Positions 46,401 to 57,157 of a DNA stretch of 64,000 nucleotides are shown here, in pieces. Where the stretch lies: NCBI GenBank assembly GCA_964013425.1, contig CAXGWC010000005.1, positions 16,149-80,148 of the forward strand. Reading direction: 5' to 3'. Below the pieces are notes generated by a model. It was not told the origin of the DNA. It saw only the letters and a program-made list of their open reading frames with translations, and did no database searches. Position numbers and translations under genes: made by a program. The stretch is from an uncultured Candidatus Poseidoniales archaeon. Lineage in GTDB: Archaea > Thermoplasmatota > Poseidoniia > Poseidoniales > Thalassarchaeaceae. Position 1 is the stretch's first letter. Every line of letters begins with the position of its first letter.

Positions 46401-47681
46401 ATGAATCCAAGGGATGCGACATCGAAAATTCTGCAGGCTGTCGATGATTCCGGTAATCATTATCGACACAGTATTCCGATGATTGCCAGTGAGAATATCC
46501 TGAGTCCATTAGTTCGCAGAGCTTGCGACTCAGATCTTCATGGCAGATATGCCGAAGGCCTCCCGGGAAAGAGGTACTACCAAGGTTGTGATGATTTCGA
46601 TACAATAGAGGAGATGGGGATTAAATCAGCAAGACGAGTGTTTAATTGTAATTTTGCCAATATCCAATCAACCTCCGGAACCGTGTCCAACATAGCCGCA
46701 TTGAAGGCCCTTTCAAATCCAGGCGATACCATTACTGCGGTTTCCACCGCAGACGGAGGACATATCTCCCATGCTAGGATGGGGGCGGTTGGAGTCAGAG
46801 GGTTGAATCTAGTCACATACCCCTGGGATGTGGAAAGAATGGAACCGGATATCGATGCCTCATTGTCACTTATCAGGGATAACGAGCCAAACCTTGTCCT
46901 TTTTGGGCAGTCGGTTTTCCTATTCCCGACTCCTCTTAGAGAATTGTCAGACGCCGCTCATGAAGTCGGATCCACGGTGATGTATGACGGTGCCCACGTA
47001 TTGGGGCTAATTGCCGGAGGCGTTTTCCAGGATCCTTTGAGAGAGGGGGCAGATGTGATGACTGGAAGTAGCCACAAAACATTCCCCGGGCCACAGGGAG
47101 GATTTCTTCTATCAGACTCCGAAGATACTACTCTGCACAAGAGGCTGAATAACTCAATCTTCCCCGGTGTCTGCTCTTCATATCACCTACATCACGTGGC
47201 TGGCAAGGCTGTGGCACTAGCTGAATTCGAACAGTTTGGAGCAGATTACGCCAATGACATAGTGAAGAATGCAAAGGCCCTAGGTGCCGCACTTTCTTCA
47301 GAGGGCTTCGATGTCATCGCCGAGGAAAGAGGATTCACAGAGAGCCACCAAGTCTTGACTCGGCATGGGGGCCCAGATTCGGGATCCGGGATGAGGGCCG
47401 CGCAGACTCTCGAGGACTGTGGTATAATTACCAACATGAATATGCTACCTGGGGATACTAAGGCAATGTCAGGACCCAGTGGCCTGAGGCTGGGCGTCCC
47501 AGAGCTGACTCGTGTCGGTATGGGTGTCGATGAAATGCAGGACGTGGCACGTTTTTTCGTGAGGGCTCTGATAAACAAGGAGGACACTTCGACCATAAGG
47601 TCTGAAGTCTCATCTTTCAAGTCCGAATTCCAAACTGTAAGATACTGCTTCGAGGAAGGGCCAGCATATCCAGGAATATGA
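46401..47681 (+). CDS. glyA: Serine hydroxymethyltransferase (archaeal type)
   Basis: IASEN, YAEGLPGKRYYQG, GGHISH, YDGAHVLGLIAG, SSHKTFPGPQGG, SGLRLG. Confidence 0.97.
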   Translation: MNPRDATSKILQAVDDSGNHYRHSIPMIASENILSPLVRRACDSDLHGRYAEGLPGKRYYQGCDDFDTIEEMGIKSARRVFNCNFANIQSTSGTVSNIAALKALSNPGDTITAVSTADGGHISHARMGAVGVRGLNLVTYPWDVERMEPDIDASLSLIRDNEPNLVLFGQSVFLFPTPLRELSDAAHEVGSTVMYDGAHVLGLIAGGVFQDPLREGADVMTGSSHKTFPGPQGGFLLSDSEDTTLHKRLNNSIFPGVCSSYHLHHVAGKAVALAEFEQFGADYANDIVKNAKALGAALSSEGFDVIAEERGFTESHQVLTRHGGPDSGSGMRAAQTLEDCGIITNMNMLPGDTKAMSGPSGLRLGVPELTRVGMGVDEMQDVARFFVRALINKEDTSTIRSEVSSFKSEFQTVRYCFEEGPAYPGI

Positions 47682-47714
47682 CAACTTATTCATGTCCTCC
47701 CTTTATCGAAGTGT

Positions 47715-50700
47715 ATGCGCAGCAAGCGAGCTTCCGCTCTGATGCTGACTTTTTTGATGCTTTTATCTGGATGTTTGGGGTTGTTTGATCAGGATGACGA
47801 ACCAATCGTCATCGATTGTCAGGAGGAGCCGTCCCATCAGGACTGCTTCATCCCAGTGATTACCGAGGATGACTGCACTCCCTTGCAGATTTTCACTGGA
47901 GACTACTGCAGGGCCATGATCATGCCGTCGTCACTTTCCTATGGTGTTGAGGAAATAACTACCATATCTGGTGTCGAGATTCAACCCCTGACCCCCAGTT
48001 TCAATGGAGACGGCCCTCAAAACTGGTTGGTGAGCCCAAGTCTTCCCGATGGACTGTCACTAAATCGACAAACAGGTGTAATCAGCGGAACCCCAAAATT
48101 GCTGACAATTATGGCTGAATATACCATAATTGCCTCGAACGCAGCTGGTCATTCAACTTCGATAATTGAAATCGGGGTAGTCGCTCCCGGGCCTTACTCG
48201 GTTCAGTATCAGGCTGAGGTGCTGTCATGCGAGATTGGGGAGTATTGCGAGCTATATGCCCCATTAGTCCTTGGAGGGGATGCAGAATCTTGGGTTGTCG
48301 AGCCCCCACTGCCAGATGGGTTCCTGATTCTGGAGGACGGTTCGATAGAAGGGACCCCCCTCTCATTGGGTGACTCAAATCACACAGTTACTGCCTTGAA
48401 TATTGCAGGGGGGGCATCCACAGATCTACGAATCATCACATTGCATCAGACGCCTAGCTCCCTCTATTATCCAAATCACCCATTCTTTTTGTGGGTAGGA
48501 GAAGAAATAGCCTCTAAGCCCAATTTAGGCGGAGGGGAGAACCTCACTTGGACAGTGTCCCCCTCTCTGCCCGATGGGATGTACATCGACCAGTCAGACG
48601 GATCACTTACAGGGACTCCACTTCACCCACAACAAGTATTGCAGTACACAGTAACTGCCTACAACACTGGAGGATCGTCATCAGTCAACATACTGATTCA
48701 GATATCCGAGGAATCGCCTATTGGGCTGATTTACGAGCCTTCTGAATTCGATCTCAGAATTGGCGAAGAAACTGGCATAGTGCTTCCATCCATAGAAGGC
48801 GGAACCCCCTCCACGTGGGAGATAAGTCCAAGTCTGCCCGAGGGCTTCTCTTTCGATTCGAAAACAGGGTCAATATCTGGCAACTCGTCTTTATTGCAAA
48901 CGTGGACCAACCATAGTATTTGGGCCAATAATTCAGGTGGCTCGGCCACCACGGAAGTTCGGTTCAGGATCACGAGTATGCCCCCGGATGCCATTCACTG
49001 GCCCGATAGTGAATTTGCACTGAAGTCTAATGAAAGCATCAATATTCTGGTTGATAACAAAGGCCCTTACATAGATTCTTGGGAAGCTTCTCCTTCACTG
49101 CCAGAGGGCATTACTATACTCAATAATGGTACAATTTCGGGAACTCCGACGGAGAGATCAGATTGGCAGCAGTACACTATCTGGGCCAATAATACAGGAG
49201 GGTCTGTCGGGCTACAAATATGGATTGCTGTTCATGACTTGAGGGCCGATCAGAACGAGTTACTAAACGGTCTTGAGGATGCAGATTGGGGAGGGTGGTC
49301 ATCGCTTATTTTACCCATAGGAAAGTGGTCATTTCCTCTGGGAAGAGACTCGACCGACTCCACTGTAGTTTCCGCTAGCCATGTGGGCAGAGGCAAGATG
49401 ATCGGCCTAGGTCACGAGAGTTGGGTTACACAGAACCATGAATTTAATTTCAGAGCAGTGGAATGGGTCTGTGGTGAAGATGCTAACGTTGGCCTTGCCT
49501 ACGGGGCAGGATTCGATCACTGGGAAGACGAACTTCAGGCCGAGGGCCATTCAGTATATCTTTCAGTTACACCAGATGATCTGTCGCAAGTGGACTGCCT
49601 GATAGATGAGTTCTGGAATGGGCACGACGATGATGATAACCTGGCTATAGAGCAGTTCCTGCTAGAGGGAGGGGGTTTGATTATGGGCGGTCATGCATGG
49701 TACTGGTCTTACTCAAACAGCGATGTACCTCACAACTACCCTGGAAACAAGATTTCCCAGACGACTGGTTTGATGGTATCCTCAAATTGGGGCTATAACG
49801 ACATAGATTTTGACATACCTGATAGATACCATACCCCACAAAATGCAATTCAAGGGATTTATTCCGATAGGATAGAGGGAATCGAACTATCCGCAGAGGA
49901 AGCGGCTATCGCTTACTCCGCAATTTCTGACTGCACCGTAATCGTCCCACTTGACTTTCTGGAGTTCTGGACCCCACTGAGGGAATTGGTAAATTCCACC
50001 GGATGGACAGTGATTCAATACAGTACACTGTGGAGCTCAATAGGTCATGACTTAGGGGAAGATCCAGTTGCCGATGTCATCCTTAGGTTGGAGGAAGCCC
50101 TTACTCAGGGCCTCAATGCCAGTGATTTACCCATCCATCCCAGCCATACGGAGTTCCCCGGGGAAGTCCCCTCAAATGCCTCTAGGATTTCCCATACAGT
50201 TTCCATTGATGGAAACCAATCCGGACTCCCTTCTAATTTTGGTTATTCGGGTGCGAGAAGCAGTATTAGGATGTCCACAGGACTCTATGCACCGCCAGGG
50301 GAGGTAATCTCAGTTTCAGTTAGTCCAGAAGCCTCGGAATTGGGGTTCTGGATACTGATAGGAGCACATACGGACGGTTTATGGGGGAAAGACGTGATTA
50401 AGAGGCACTCCAAGATTCACAGGTACTGGTGGATAGACAACACAACCACATCTCTAATCTGTGATGAATTTGGTGAATGTACATCTGAATCAGATGTAGG
50501 AAATGCGTTTGGCGGACCAATTTATGTTGCCATTCCCGCTGGTTCAGAATTTGGAGAATTCAATGTCACCATCTCCGGCGCAGTAATGGCCCCGATGTTC
50601 GTACTAAATGAGACATCCGACTTTGAGTGGATATACTCTCAGAGAGATAATCCAGCTCCTTGGACAGAGTTGGTTTCCAATAATTTCATCATGACAGTGC

Positions 50701-51740
50701 CTAGCTATGAGATAAGGGAATTGAATAATCCAACCGCTCTGATGGAATGGTGGGACGAAGCCCTCGCAATGGAACATGAGTTGTACGGTTATGAGCCGTG
50801 GCCAAGAGTGGAGAGGGCGGTTTTTGATGTCCAGATTTCCGCTGGATGGATGCACTCGGGATACCCATTCATGGCACACGATCTAAGTGTTGAAGGAGTT
50901 GTCAACCTTTCTCACATGAGCGAGAATGGTGATTGGGGTATGTTCCACGAGTTGGGTCACAACCACCAATGGATGCCATCTACTCTTCCTGGGACCACTG
51001 AGACAGGTTGCAACTTTGCAAGCGTTTACCTTATGGAGGAACTGGTCGGTATCCAAGGGCACAGCGCAGTAGATCCAGAACGGAGGGCAAATAGAATGCA
51101 TTCTTACTTTAACGACGGTTCAAACATATCCAACTGGTCTGTTTGGACCGCTCTAGATACCTATATACTGATCAAGGAGGAATGGGATTGGAGCCCTATA
51201 ACGGAGGCATTGACAGTGTATTACACACTCCCTCCCTCAGAGGTACCGTCTACCGACGAGGAAGAGTTCAATGCGTGGGTATTGCACCTCTCTAACGCCA
51301 CTGGACACAACTTAGCACCTTATCACGACGCTTGGGGATTCCCACTAACCTCGAACACATACGACTCGCTAACTCACCTACCAGTATGGGTAGATGACCC
51401 TCTCAGAGGGGAATTCTTCGTTTATGATGCCATTATTCGCAATATCTCTTCGCCCGATCCCTCTGGCGCTACATCCACCACAATCTATTGGGAGACTTAT
51501 GACAATGGGACAAATACCACACTCACGTTCTACTATGGTATGGCAGATATGGGGAACCAGACATCCGGTTGGGAAGGCAGTGCCGGCTTGGGTGACACAT
51601 CTGTCGGCAACCACTCTCAAACAGTATCGGGGCTTACATGTTGCGGGTCGACATACTACGGTAGGATTCAAGCTACGAACGAGGAAGGCTCTACATGGTT
51701 CGGACCAATTTCATGGACTACAGATTATCTCAATGACTGA
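47715..51740 (+). CDS. Secreted M60-like (TCAF/enhancin-type) zinc metallopeptidase with five Ig-like (He_PIG) repeats
   Basis: LSGC lipobox-like; repeated SPSLPDG...ISGTP...ANNxGG; MSTGLYAPPGE, APWTEL, WGMFHELGHNHQ plus downstream E. Confidence 0.9.
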   Translation: MRSKRASALMLTFLMLLSGCLGLFDQDDEPIVIDCQEEPSHQDCFIPVITEDDCTPLQIFTGDYCRAMIMPSSLSYGVEEITTISGVEIQPLTPSFNGDGPQNWLVSPSLPDGLSLNRQTGVISGTPKLLTIMAEYTIIASNAAGHSTSIIEIGVVAPGPYSVQYQAEVLSCEIGEYCELYAPLVLGGDAESWVVEPPLPDGFLILEDGSIEGTPLSLGDSNHTVTALNIAGGASTDLRIITLHQTPSSLYYPNHPFFLWVGEEIASKPNLGGGENLTWTVSPSLPDGMYIDQSDGSLTGTPLHPQQVLQYTVTAYNTGGSSSVNILIQISEESPIGLIYEPSEFDLRIGEETGIVLPSIEGGTPSTWEISPSLPEGFSFDSKTGSISGNSSLLQTWTNHSIWANNSGGSATTEVRFRITSMPPDAIHWPDSEFALKSNESINILVDNKGPYIDSWEASPSLPEGITILNNGTISGTPTERSDWQQYTIWANNTGGSVGLQIWIAVHDLRADQNELLNGLEDADWGGWSSLILPIGKWSFPLGRDSTDSTVVSASHVGRGKMIGLGHESWVTQNHEFNFRAVEWVCGEDANVGLAYGAGFDHWEDELQAEGHSVYLSVTPDDLSQVDCLIDEFWNGHDDDDNLAIEQFLLEGGGLIMGGHAWYWSYSNSDVPHNYPGNKISQTTGLMVSSNWGYNDIDFDIPDRYHTPQNAIQGIYSDRIEGIELSAEEAAIAYSAISDCTVIVPLDFLEFWTPLRELVNSTGWTVIQYSTLWSSIGHDLGEDPVADVILRLEEALTQGLNASDLPIHPSHTEFPGEVPSNASRISHTVSIDGNQSGLPSNFGYSGARSSIRMSTGLYAPPGEVISVSVSPEASELGFWILIGAHTDGLWGKDVIKRHSKIHRYWWIDNTTTSLICDEFGECTSESDVGNAFGGPIYVAIPAGSEFGEFNVTISGAVMAPMFVLNETSDFEWIYSQRDNPAPWTELVSNNFIMTVPSYEIRELNNPTALMEWWDEALAMEHELYGYEPWPRVERAVFDVQISAGWMHSGYPFMAHDLSVEGVVNLSHMSENGDWGMFHELGHNHQWMPSTLPGTTETGCNFASVYLMEELVGIQGHSAVDPERRANRMHSYFNDGSNISNWSVWTALDTYILIKEEWDWSPITEALTVYYTLPPSEVPSTDEEEFNAWVLHLSNATGHNLAPYHDAWGFPLTSNTYDSLTHLPVWVDDPLRGEFFVYDAIIRNISSPDPSGATSTTIYWETYDNGTNTTLTFYYGMADMGNQTSGWEGSAGLGDTSVGNHSQTVSGLTCCGSTYYGRIQATNEEGSTWFGPISWTTDYLND

Positions 51741-52807
51741 TTCATTTTTCTCAACAGGCCTTCAAGGGAGATTTCAGGAATGAATTCTTGCTGTGCTTTC
51801 GCCAAGGGAATCCAAACCAATGTGTGTCCAATAGTAATTGCGAAAGCAGGAACCAGCTCCAGCCTAGGCTCTCCTTGCATAGCATATGCTACTACACCCA
51901 GAACTGCAAAGTGCAAGACATATACCGTCAGGGTAATTCTTCCAAGTGGTTCGAGGAATGAAAGACTGTCCCCTCCCCATGGCTCCCCTCCAGAGCTCTC
52001 TGAACCCTCCATAATCCTATGTACCAGAAGCGCGAAGGTCCCTGAAACAACTAGGAATGAGGTACTAGCAGGAAAGAATGTCAGAACAGCATTTCCCTCA
52101 GTCAGTGCCCAAGGCACCCCCTCCCTCTCAGAGATTAGGAAAGTAACTGCAGTCGAAATCAGGCCAATGGCGATGATTCGCTCCCTATTTGTCCGACTAT
52201 CACTTAGATCGTACACTAATGTTCCTAGAAGAATGTAGAACATCCAGGGAACAGCGGGATAGGTCCCATTCCAAAGAAGCCTCGATACCCATTCTGATAT
52301 GCCATCTGATGCAACTCTGTCCCACCAAGTCCATCCTAATCCTGAGGCATCTCCAAGAATTAAGGGAGAAGAAATCAGGACCAAGGTCAGTCCTATCCTG
52401 ATTTCCATGCCCAGCCTGATTATCACCGGAGTCAGAATTGTCGCGATTGCAAGCAGGGTTAGTACCCCGGGAGTAATTACTTCGAATCTACCTCCTCTGT
52501 CTGCATTTAGTAGCAGATTCACCAGAATTTGACAGGAAGCAAGTAATGCAACCCTGGGAACCATCCATGATGCCCAGTCCTGTGCACCGGTGAGTCCGTC
52601 TCCCATCCTTCTCGAGGCACTCATGTATATCCCCCATCCGGATATCATCACGAACAATGGAGCCGCCATTCCCCCGAACGCGGCAGCAACAAATGCTGCC
52701 GGATCACCTACGGACATCCCTTTCGGGGGGATTATGGCGGCCGTGTGTACCTCTACCATGCACAATACTGCAATTGCCCTTATCCTATCGATATGGGAGA
52801 GCCTCAT
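51725..52807 (-). CDS. DUF1624 / heparan-alpha-glucosaminide N-acetyltransferase-like polytopic membrane protein
   Basis: IDRIRAIAVLCMVEVH, AAPLFVMISG, YPAVPW, LGRITLTVYVLH. Confidence 0.75.
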   Translation of the reverse strand: MRLSHIDRIRAIAVLCMVEVHTAAIIPPKGMSVGDPAAFVAAAFGGMAAPLFVMISGWGIYMSASRRMGDGLTGAQDWASWMVPRVALLASCQILVNLLLNADRGGRFEVITPGVLTLLAIATILTPVIIRLGMEIRIGLTLVLISSPLILGDASGLGWTWWDRVASDGISEWVSRLLWNGTYPAVPWMFYILLGTLVYDLSDSRTNRERIIAIGLISTAVTFLISEREGVPWALTEGNAVLTFFPASTSFLVVSGTFALLVHRIMEGSESSGGEPWGGDSLSFLEPLGRITLTVYVLHFAVLGVVAYAMQGEPRLELVPAFAITIGHTLVWIPLAKAQQEFIPEISLEGLLRKMNQSLR

Positions 52808-54078
52808 CTGATGACCTCAGCAATTCTTGAAATCACATCTGGCTCAGAATCAGAAAATGAGATGGCTGTCTCCAGTCTCTCTAGAAGGGGCACTATCTTT
52901 TCTCCACGATGATACACTGTTGCTAAAATATCACCTATTTCGACAGAATCTCCCACTTGAACTTCCATGACAATTCCTACCTGATGATCTATACTATCAC
53001 CGAGATTTAGTCTACCAGCTCCCAGTTCAAGACATATCTCGGCAATGGCCATAGCATCAATATCTGCTATCCATCCAATTTGCTTTGCTTCTAGAGAGTC
53101 TGACTTCAGAGTCTGGTCTAGTATCCCCAATCCTTCTAGCAGTGAGACTTCACTTTCAAATAAATCTGGATCCCCTCCCTGTGAGGCTACCATTTCGATG
53201 AATTTCCCAAAGGCAGAACCATCATACAGGCTATCTAGTATCCTCGCCGCACCCTCCTCGAAGTCATTTGAAGATCCAGAAGACTCCAGAAGTAATCCTC
53301 CTAATACGCAAACCAACTCCTCCAAATCAGCCGGCCCTCTCCCAAGTAATGTTTCGACACTCTCCAGAATCTCTAGAGAATTTCCGACACTGTAGCCGAT
53401 TGGCCGATCCATAGAAGATAGAACGGCAACCGTCGACACCCCCAATCCATTCGAGACTCCAACCATGGACTCTGAGAGCTCTCTGGCAGATCCAATGTCC
53501 TCCATGAATGCCCCTCTTCCAAATTTCACGTCAAGTACTAGGGAGGAAATTCCTTCAGCCGCTTTCTTAGATACTATTGACGAAGTAATCAGAGGGATTG
53601 AGGCTACTGTCCCTGTAACGTCCCTGAGTGAATAGAGACGTTTGTCAGCAGGGACCAAATCTTTCTTCTGGCTGACAATTGCCAGCCCTATCTCGTCGAC
53701 CTGATTCATGAACTCCTCAATGCCGATATCAGTATTGAATCCGGGAATAGACTCTAGCTTATCCAGAGTTCCTCCCGTGTGGCCCAAGCTCCTGCCTGAT
53801 ATCATGGGGACGCTAAGTCCGCAGGCAGCCAAAGCCGGAGCCAGGGCAATAGATACTTTGTCCCCCACCCCTCCAGTTGAGTGCTTGTCGACTACTTTCG
53901 TATTGTCGTCCCAATTCACAGTCTCCCCAGAATCCCTCATTCTCAAAGTTAACTCCGTGACTTCCGAGTCACTCATACCATTTTCATAGACGTCTTTTAA
54001 CCATTCAATTATCTCATCATCTGACAGACTTCCGTCAGTTACCCCTTCGATGAAATCTCCGATAGATATTGCCATCAT
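52804..54078 (-). CDS. deoA: Thymidine / pyrimidine-nucleoside phosphorylase
   Basis: DKHSTGGVGDK, MISGRSLGHTGGTLDKLESIPG, PADKRLYSLRDVT, SKK..EG, LDVKFG.GAFM; no N-terminal AMP-phosphorylase domain. Confidence 0.92.
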   Translation of the reverse strand: MMAISIGDFIEGVTDGSLSDDEIIEWLKDVYENGMSDSEVTELTLRMRDSGETVNWDDNTKVVDKHSTGGVGDKVSIALAPALAACGLSVPMISGRSLGHTGGTLDKLESIPGFNTDIGIEEFMNQVDEIGLAIVSQKKDLVPADKRLYSLRDVTGTVASIPLITSSIVSKKAAEGISSLVLDVKFGRGAFMEDIGSARELSESMVGVSNGLGVSTVAVLSSMDRPIGYSVGNSLEILESVETLLGRGPADLEELVCVLGGLLLESSGSSNDFEEGAARILDSLYDGSAFGKFIEMVASQGGDPDLFESEVSLLEGLGILDQTLKSDSLEAKQIGWIADIDAMAIAEICLELGAGRLNLGDSIDHQVGIVMEVQVGDSVEIGDILATVYHRGEKIVPLLERLETAISFSDSEPDVISRIAEVIR

Positions 54079-57000
54079 TCTTCCTCTCCGAGATCTCTCC
54101 TAATCTCTTCCATTGTCTGCCCAGAGTCGAGCCTCCACTGGATTTCATCCCTGGTAGTCCTGTCTCTATCGAATCCAAATCCATCAAGGACAATGTCACC
54201 ATGCAAGCCATCATCCTTACCTCTGGTGAGGGATCGTGAATCGGCTGAATCTCTATCGAAGCTAGTGCCTTTCAGAATCGCCAATTTTGATCCAGAGTCG
54301 TCAAATCTGTATCCCGAGTCATCTACTAGGATCTCATCAGTCTCACTCCTGGGTCTCCTGAATGAGGCCCATGAAGAAATCAACAGGGCCACTGCGGACA
54401 AAGCCATCAAGACGAACAGAACTCTAGCTCCCGGACGCGACATCGCGTCTTCCCGGATATCTAGGAAGCCCTCTTCTTCATCTTCCTCATCAGTTTCCAC
54501 ATCCGGTTCTTCTACGGACTCATTTTCTTCAGGCTCCGTCGGAGTAATCTCATCACAGCCCCATTGCTCTCCGTCAGGTATTCCATTCTCGTCGACATCT
54601 CCAGATAGCATGGCAATATTGGGCGATCGAAGTACACTCTGAGCAAAAGCCTCCTCATTGCCATCGAAAATACAGTCTCCATCCGTGTCTACCTCTAGAG
54701 GATTGCCACCAAGTAGATACTCATTCAGGTTGTTCAGGCCATCGGAATCGGGGTCCATTGACTGCTCGCTCAATGCAGTCCCTATTATCGCCGCTGAGTG
54801 ACGGTTCAATCCGTACAGATCCTCCCAAAAATCTGGCATCAAATCACCGTCAGAGTCTGTGCTGGAATCCATTCTCCCCCAATCCGAGTCAAAGGAGGAA
54901 AGATAAATTGAAGCAAGCTCCTCATTATTGATCAATATCCCCATCTCTCTATTCCTGAGGGCGGCACTTGATCCCCAATTCATACTTCCAACAAGAACAC
55001 TGGAACCATCTATGATTGCTCCCTTGTTGTGGAGTTTGGAAATATTTTCTGATGTTGACATCAGTATGGCAGTGGTGTCCAAACCTTGTGTCCCGTTCCA
55101 GTCTGTATTAAACAGGTGAACAGTGTCTCTTATTTCGTCGTCCCACTCAGCATAAAATCCATTCAGGATAAGACGAATCTGTACTCCTCTTATGGCCGCT
55201 TCATGTAATGCTTCAATCATTGGGTTCTCACCGAAACCCCAGTACCAGTCCAAATCGAGATATTGCACAGAAAGATCGATCGAGGACTCTGCAGATGAGA
55301 TCATCTGTACTATTGATGTGACGCAATCGTCTGGACACGTTATCAGCTTCCCATCGAACGGCCCATCAATAAACTCAGGAGTATTCCCTGACGTGGCATT
55401 CTGGGCTAAATCCATCCTCCAATTAGAAGAGGGTGAATGCCTGGATTGATGGGCTGAAATATGGAGACTATTCTGATTCTCATCCCATTCCATTCTCGAG
55501 AGCACCAAGTTTGCCAAGTCGACGGAGTTCACGATTAGGGACCATTCACGATTTCCTGTTTGGTCTACCGGAGCACTGGTTTCCTTCCAATTGCCAGAAG
55601 AGATCCACACACTCTCAGTATCTTTCACTGCTACCTTGCTGTGGATGTATCTGTAGGGCGAACTTATCTGAGAAGGATCCTCCATCCAGAGGACAAGTCC
55701 TCCGGCATCATGAACAGCCTGAGCATGACCTCTCTGGTTATCGACCGTACTGGCCCCATCTAGGATTCCATCCTCCAACAGTAGTGTTACATCCACGCCC
55801 CTGTCTATGGCGTCAATAACCGCCCTGGTCAATTCTGTACTCATGAATTGGTAAACATGGAGATGCAACTCACTTTGTGCGGTATCTATCCAGTTTCTTA
55901 GGTCATTATATGTCGATTCAGGGCCAATAGAAGCGACCGCAGTAGAGTTCTGCTCAGTGAGGAAATCTCCTCCATCACAGAACGTCGATGCTCCAATCCT
56001 AATCCATCTCTGCTCCCAATCAGATCCAGTGTCTGTATCCGGGTATTCTCCGCATCCCAGCCCCCTCATGAGAATCAATCCCGGTGACCCATCGCCGGGT
56101 ACCGATATGGCAGGACCGGTCCAACCGTCAATCCCAGCGATTCCATTTCCGTACACTATCGAGTCAACAGCAGTCCCATTGGGCTCAGCTAGGATAAGTG
56201 AGCCACCTGAATTCACCAGCCAGGGTGAGGCCGTCAGAATCTGATTTGCATCTAGTGACACTATCCCTCCATCCAGTAGTAGGTTGTATGGATTTTCAGA
56301 AATGACCACTGAAGAGCCGGGCATCATCTCCAATGATTTTATCGTTGAATGGAACTCTCCCGATGAACTAACTCTCGTAATATTCCAACCTTCCAAGTTA
56401 ACCTCTTCGTCTCCGATGTTTGTAATTTCAAACCAGTCATTGTTCCTATTCGGTACCTCGCCAGGCATAATTCTGGTAAATTTGACATCAAACTCCCCAT
56501 CCCACCAAGAGGCTTCGATATCTATTGGTCCATCTCCATCGCCCCCGCCGGGGTTCGCGTTCCCTGGGCTGGGCTCGATTGAATCAACCCATATTCCGTC
56601 CGTATCAGACGGATCGGCTATTTTGGATATCCCATTGGAGGCTGAGCCTGTTACGATCTCGTCCACCGTCTGGTTACCATCATCAACTAGGTAAACTGTT
56701 TCTCCAGCATTATTTAACCTGAGTGTGCCAATCTCGTTCTCTGCTATGATGGCATACCCCCCAGATCTGAGAACATAAGGGGACTCCAAGGCATCAAAAC
56801 CCACCCAGCTCTGCTCATTGATGGGATGGTACCAACCCCCAATATCAACAATCGCCCAACCATACAGATTGACATCATAGTTTCCGGAATTAACTAACTC
56901 TACCCATTCTCCCTGGGGAAACATTCCCTGGTCCGAGCCATCAGCATTAGGCATCACCTCGCTAATGCATATTGATTCGCAAACCGCTGACCCAACACCC

Positions 57001-57095
57001 CCATCTTCCTTTCCAGGAGATGCCATGCCACTGGAAGACCAGAGCATCAGGGACATGAGTACTAGTAGGGATAAACCTCTCCGGCCTTCTTGCAT
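54075..57095 (-). CDS. Secreted, membrane-anchored protein with two lamin-tail domains and a two-HKD phospholipase D/nuclease domain
   Basis: ISEVMPN..EWVELVN and DWFEITN (LTD); HSKVAVKD..SSGN and HNKGAIID..GSMN; acidic DxDGD repeats; TM near the C-terminus. Confidence 0.9.
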   Translation of the reverse strand: MQEGRRGLSLLVLMSLMLWSSSGMASPGKEDGGVGSAVCESICISEVMPNADGSDQGMFPQGEWVELVNSGNYDVNLYGWAIVDIGGWYHPINEQSWVGFDALESPYVLRSGGYAIIAENEIGTLRLNNAGETVYLVDDGNQTVDEIVTGSASNGISKIADPSDTDGIWVDSIEPSPGNANPGGGDGDGPIDIEASWWDGEFDVKFTRIMPGEVPNRNNDWFEITNIGDEEVNLEGWNITRVSSSGEFHSTIKSLEMMPGSSVVISENPYNLLLDGGIVSLDANQILTASPWLVNSGGSLILAEPNGTAVDSIVYGNGIAGIDGWTGPAISVPGDGSPGLILMRGLGCGEYPDTDTGSDWEQRWIRIGASTFCDGGDFLTEQNSTAVASIGPESTYNDLRNWIDTAQSELHLHVYQFMSTELTRAVIDAIDRGVDVTLLLEDGILDGASTVDNQRGHAQAVHDAGGLVLWMEDPSQISSPYRYIHSKVAVKDTESVWISSGNWKETSAPVDQTGNREWSLIVNSVDLANLVLSRMEWDENQNSLHISAHQSRHSPSSNWRMDLAQNATSGNTPEFIDGPFDGKLITCPDDCVTSIVQMISSAESSIDLSVQYLDLDWYWGFGENPMIEALHEAAIRGVQIRLILNGFYAEWDDEIRDTVHLFNTDWNGTQGLDTTAILMSTSENISKLHNKGAIIDGSSVLVGSMNWGSSAALRNREMGILINNEELASIYLSSFDSDWGRMDSSTDSDGDLMPDFWEDLYGLNRHSAAIIGTALSEQSMDPDSDGLNNLNEYLLGGNPLEVDTDGDCIFDGNEEAFAQSVLRSPNIAMLSGDVDENGIPDGEQWGCDEITPTEPEENESVEEPDVETDEEDEEEGFLDIREDAMSRPGARVLFVLMALSAVALLISSWASFRRPRSETDEILVDDSGYRFDDSGSKLAILKGTSFDRDSADSRSLTRGKDDGLHGDIVLDGFGFDRDRTTRDEIQWRLDSGQTMEEIRRDLGEEE

Positions 57096-57157
57096 GGCAC
57101 TCCGTCCATACGAGGGGGTTCAAACCCTTCGTGCCAAATATCAACAGGAGTGGGTAA

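Noticed and set aside
52804-54078. Archaeal AMP phosphorylase (RuBisCO pathway)
   Set aside because: Lacks the N-terminal extra domain; motifs match DeoA/Pdp.
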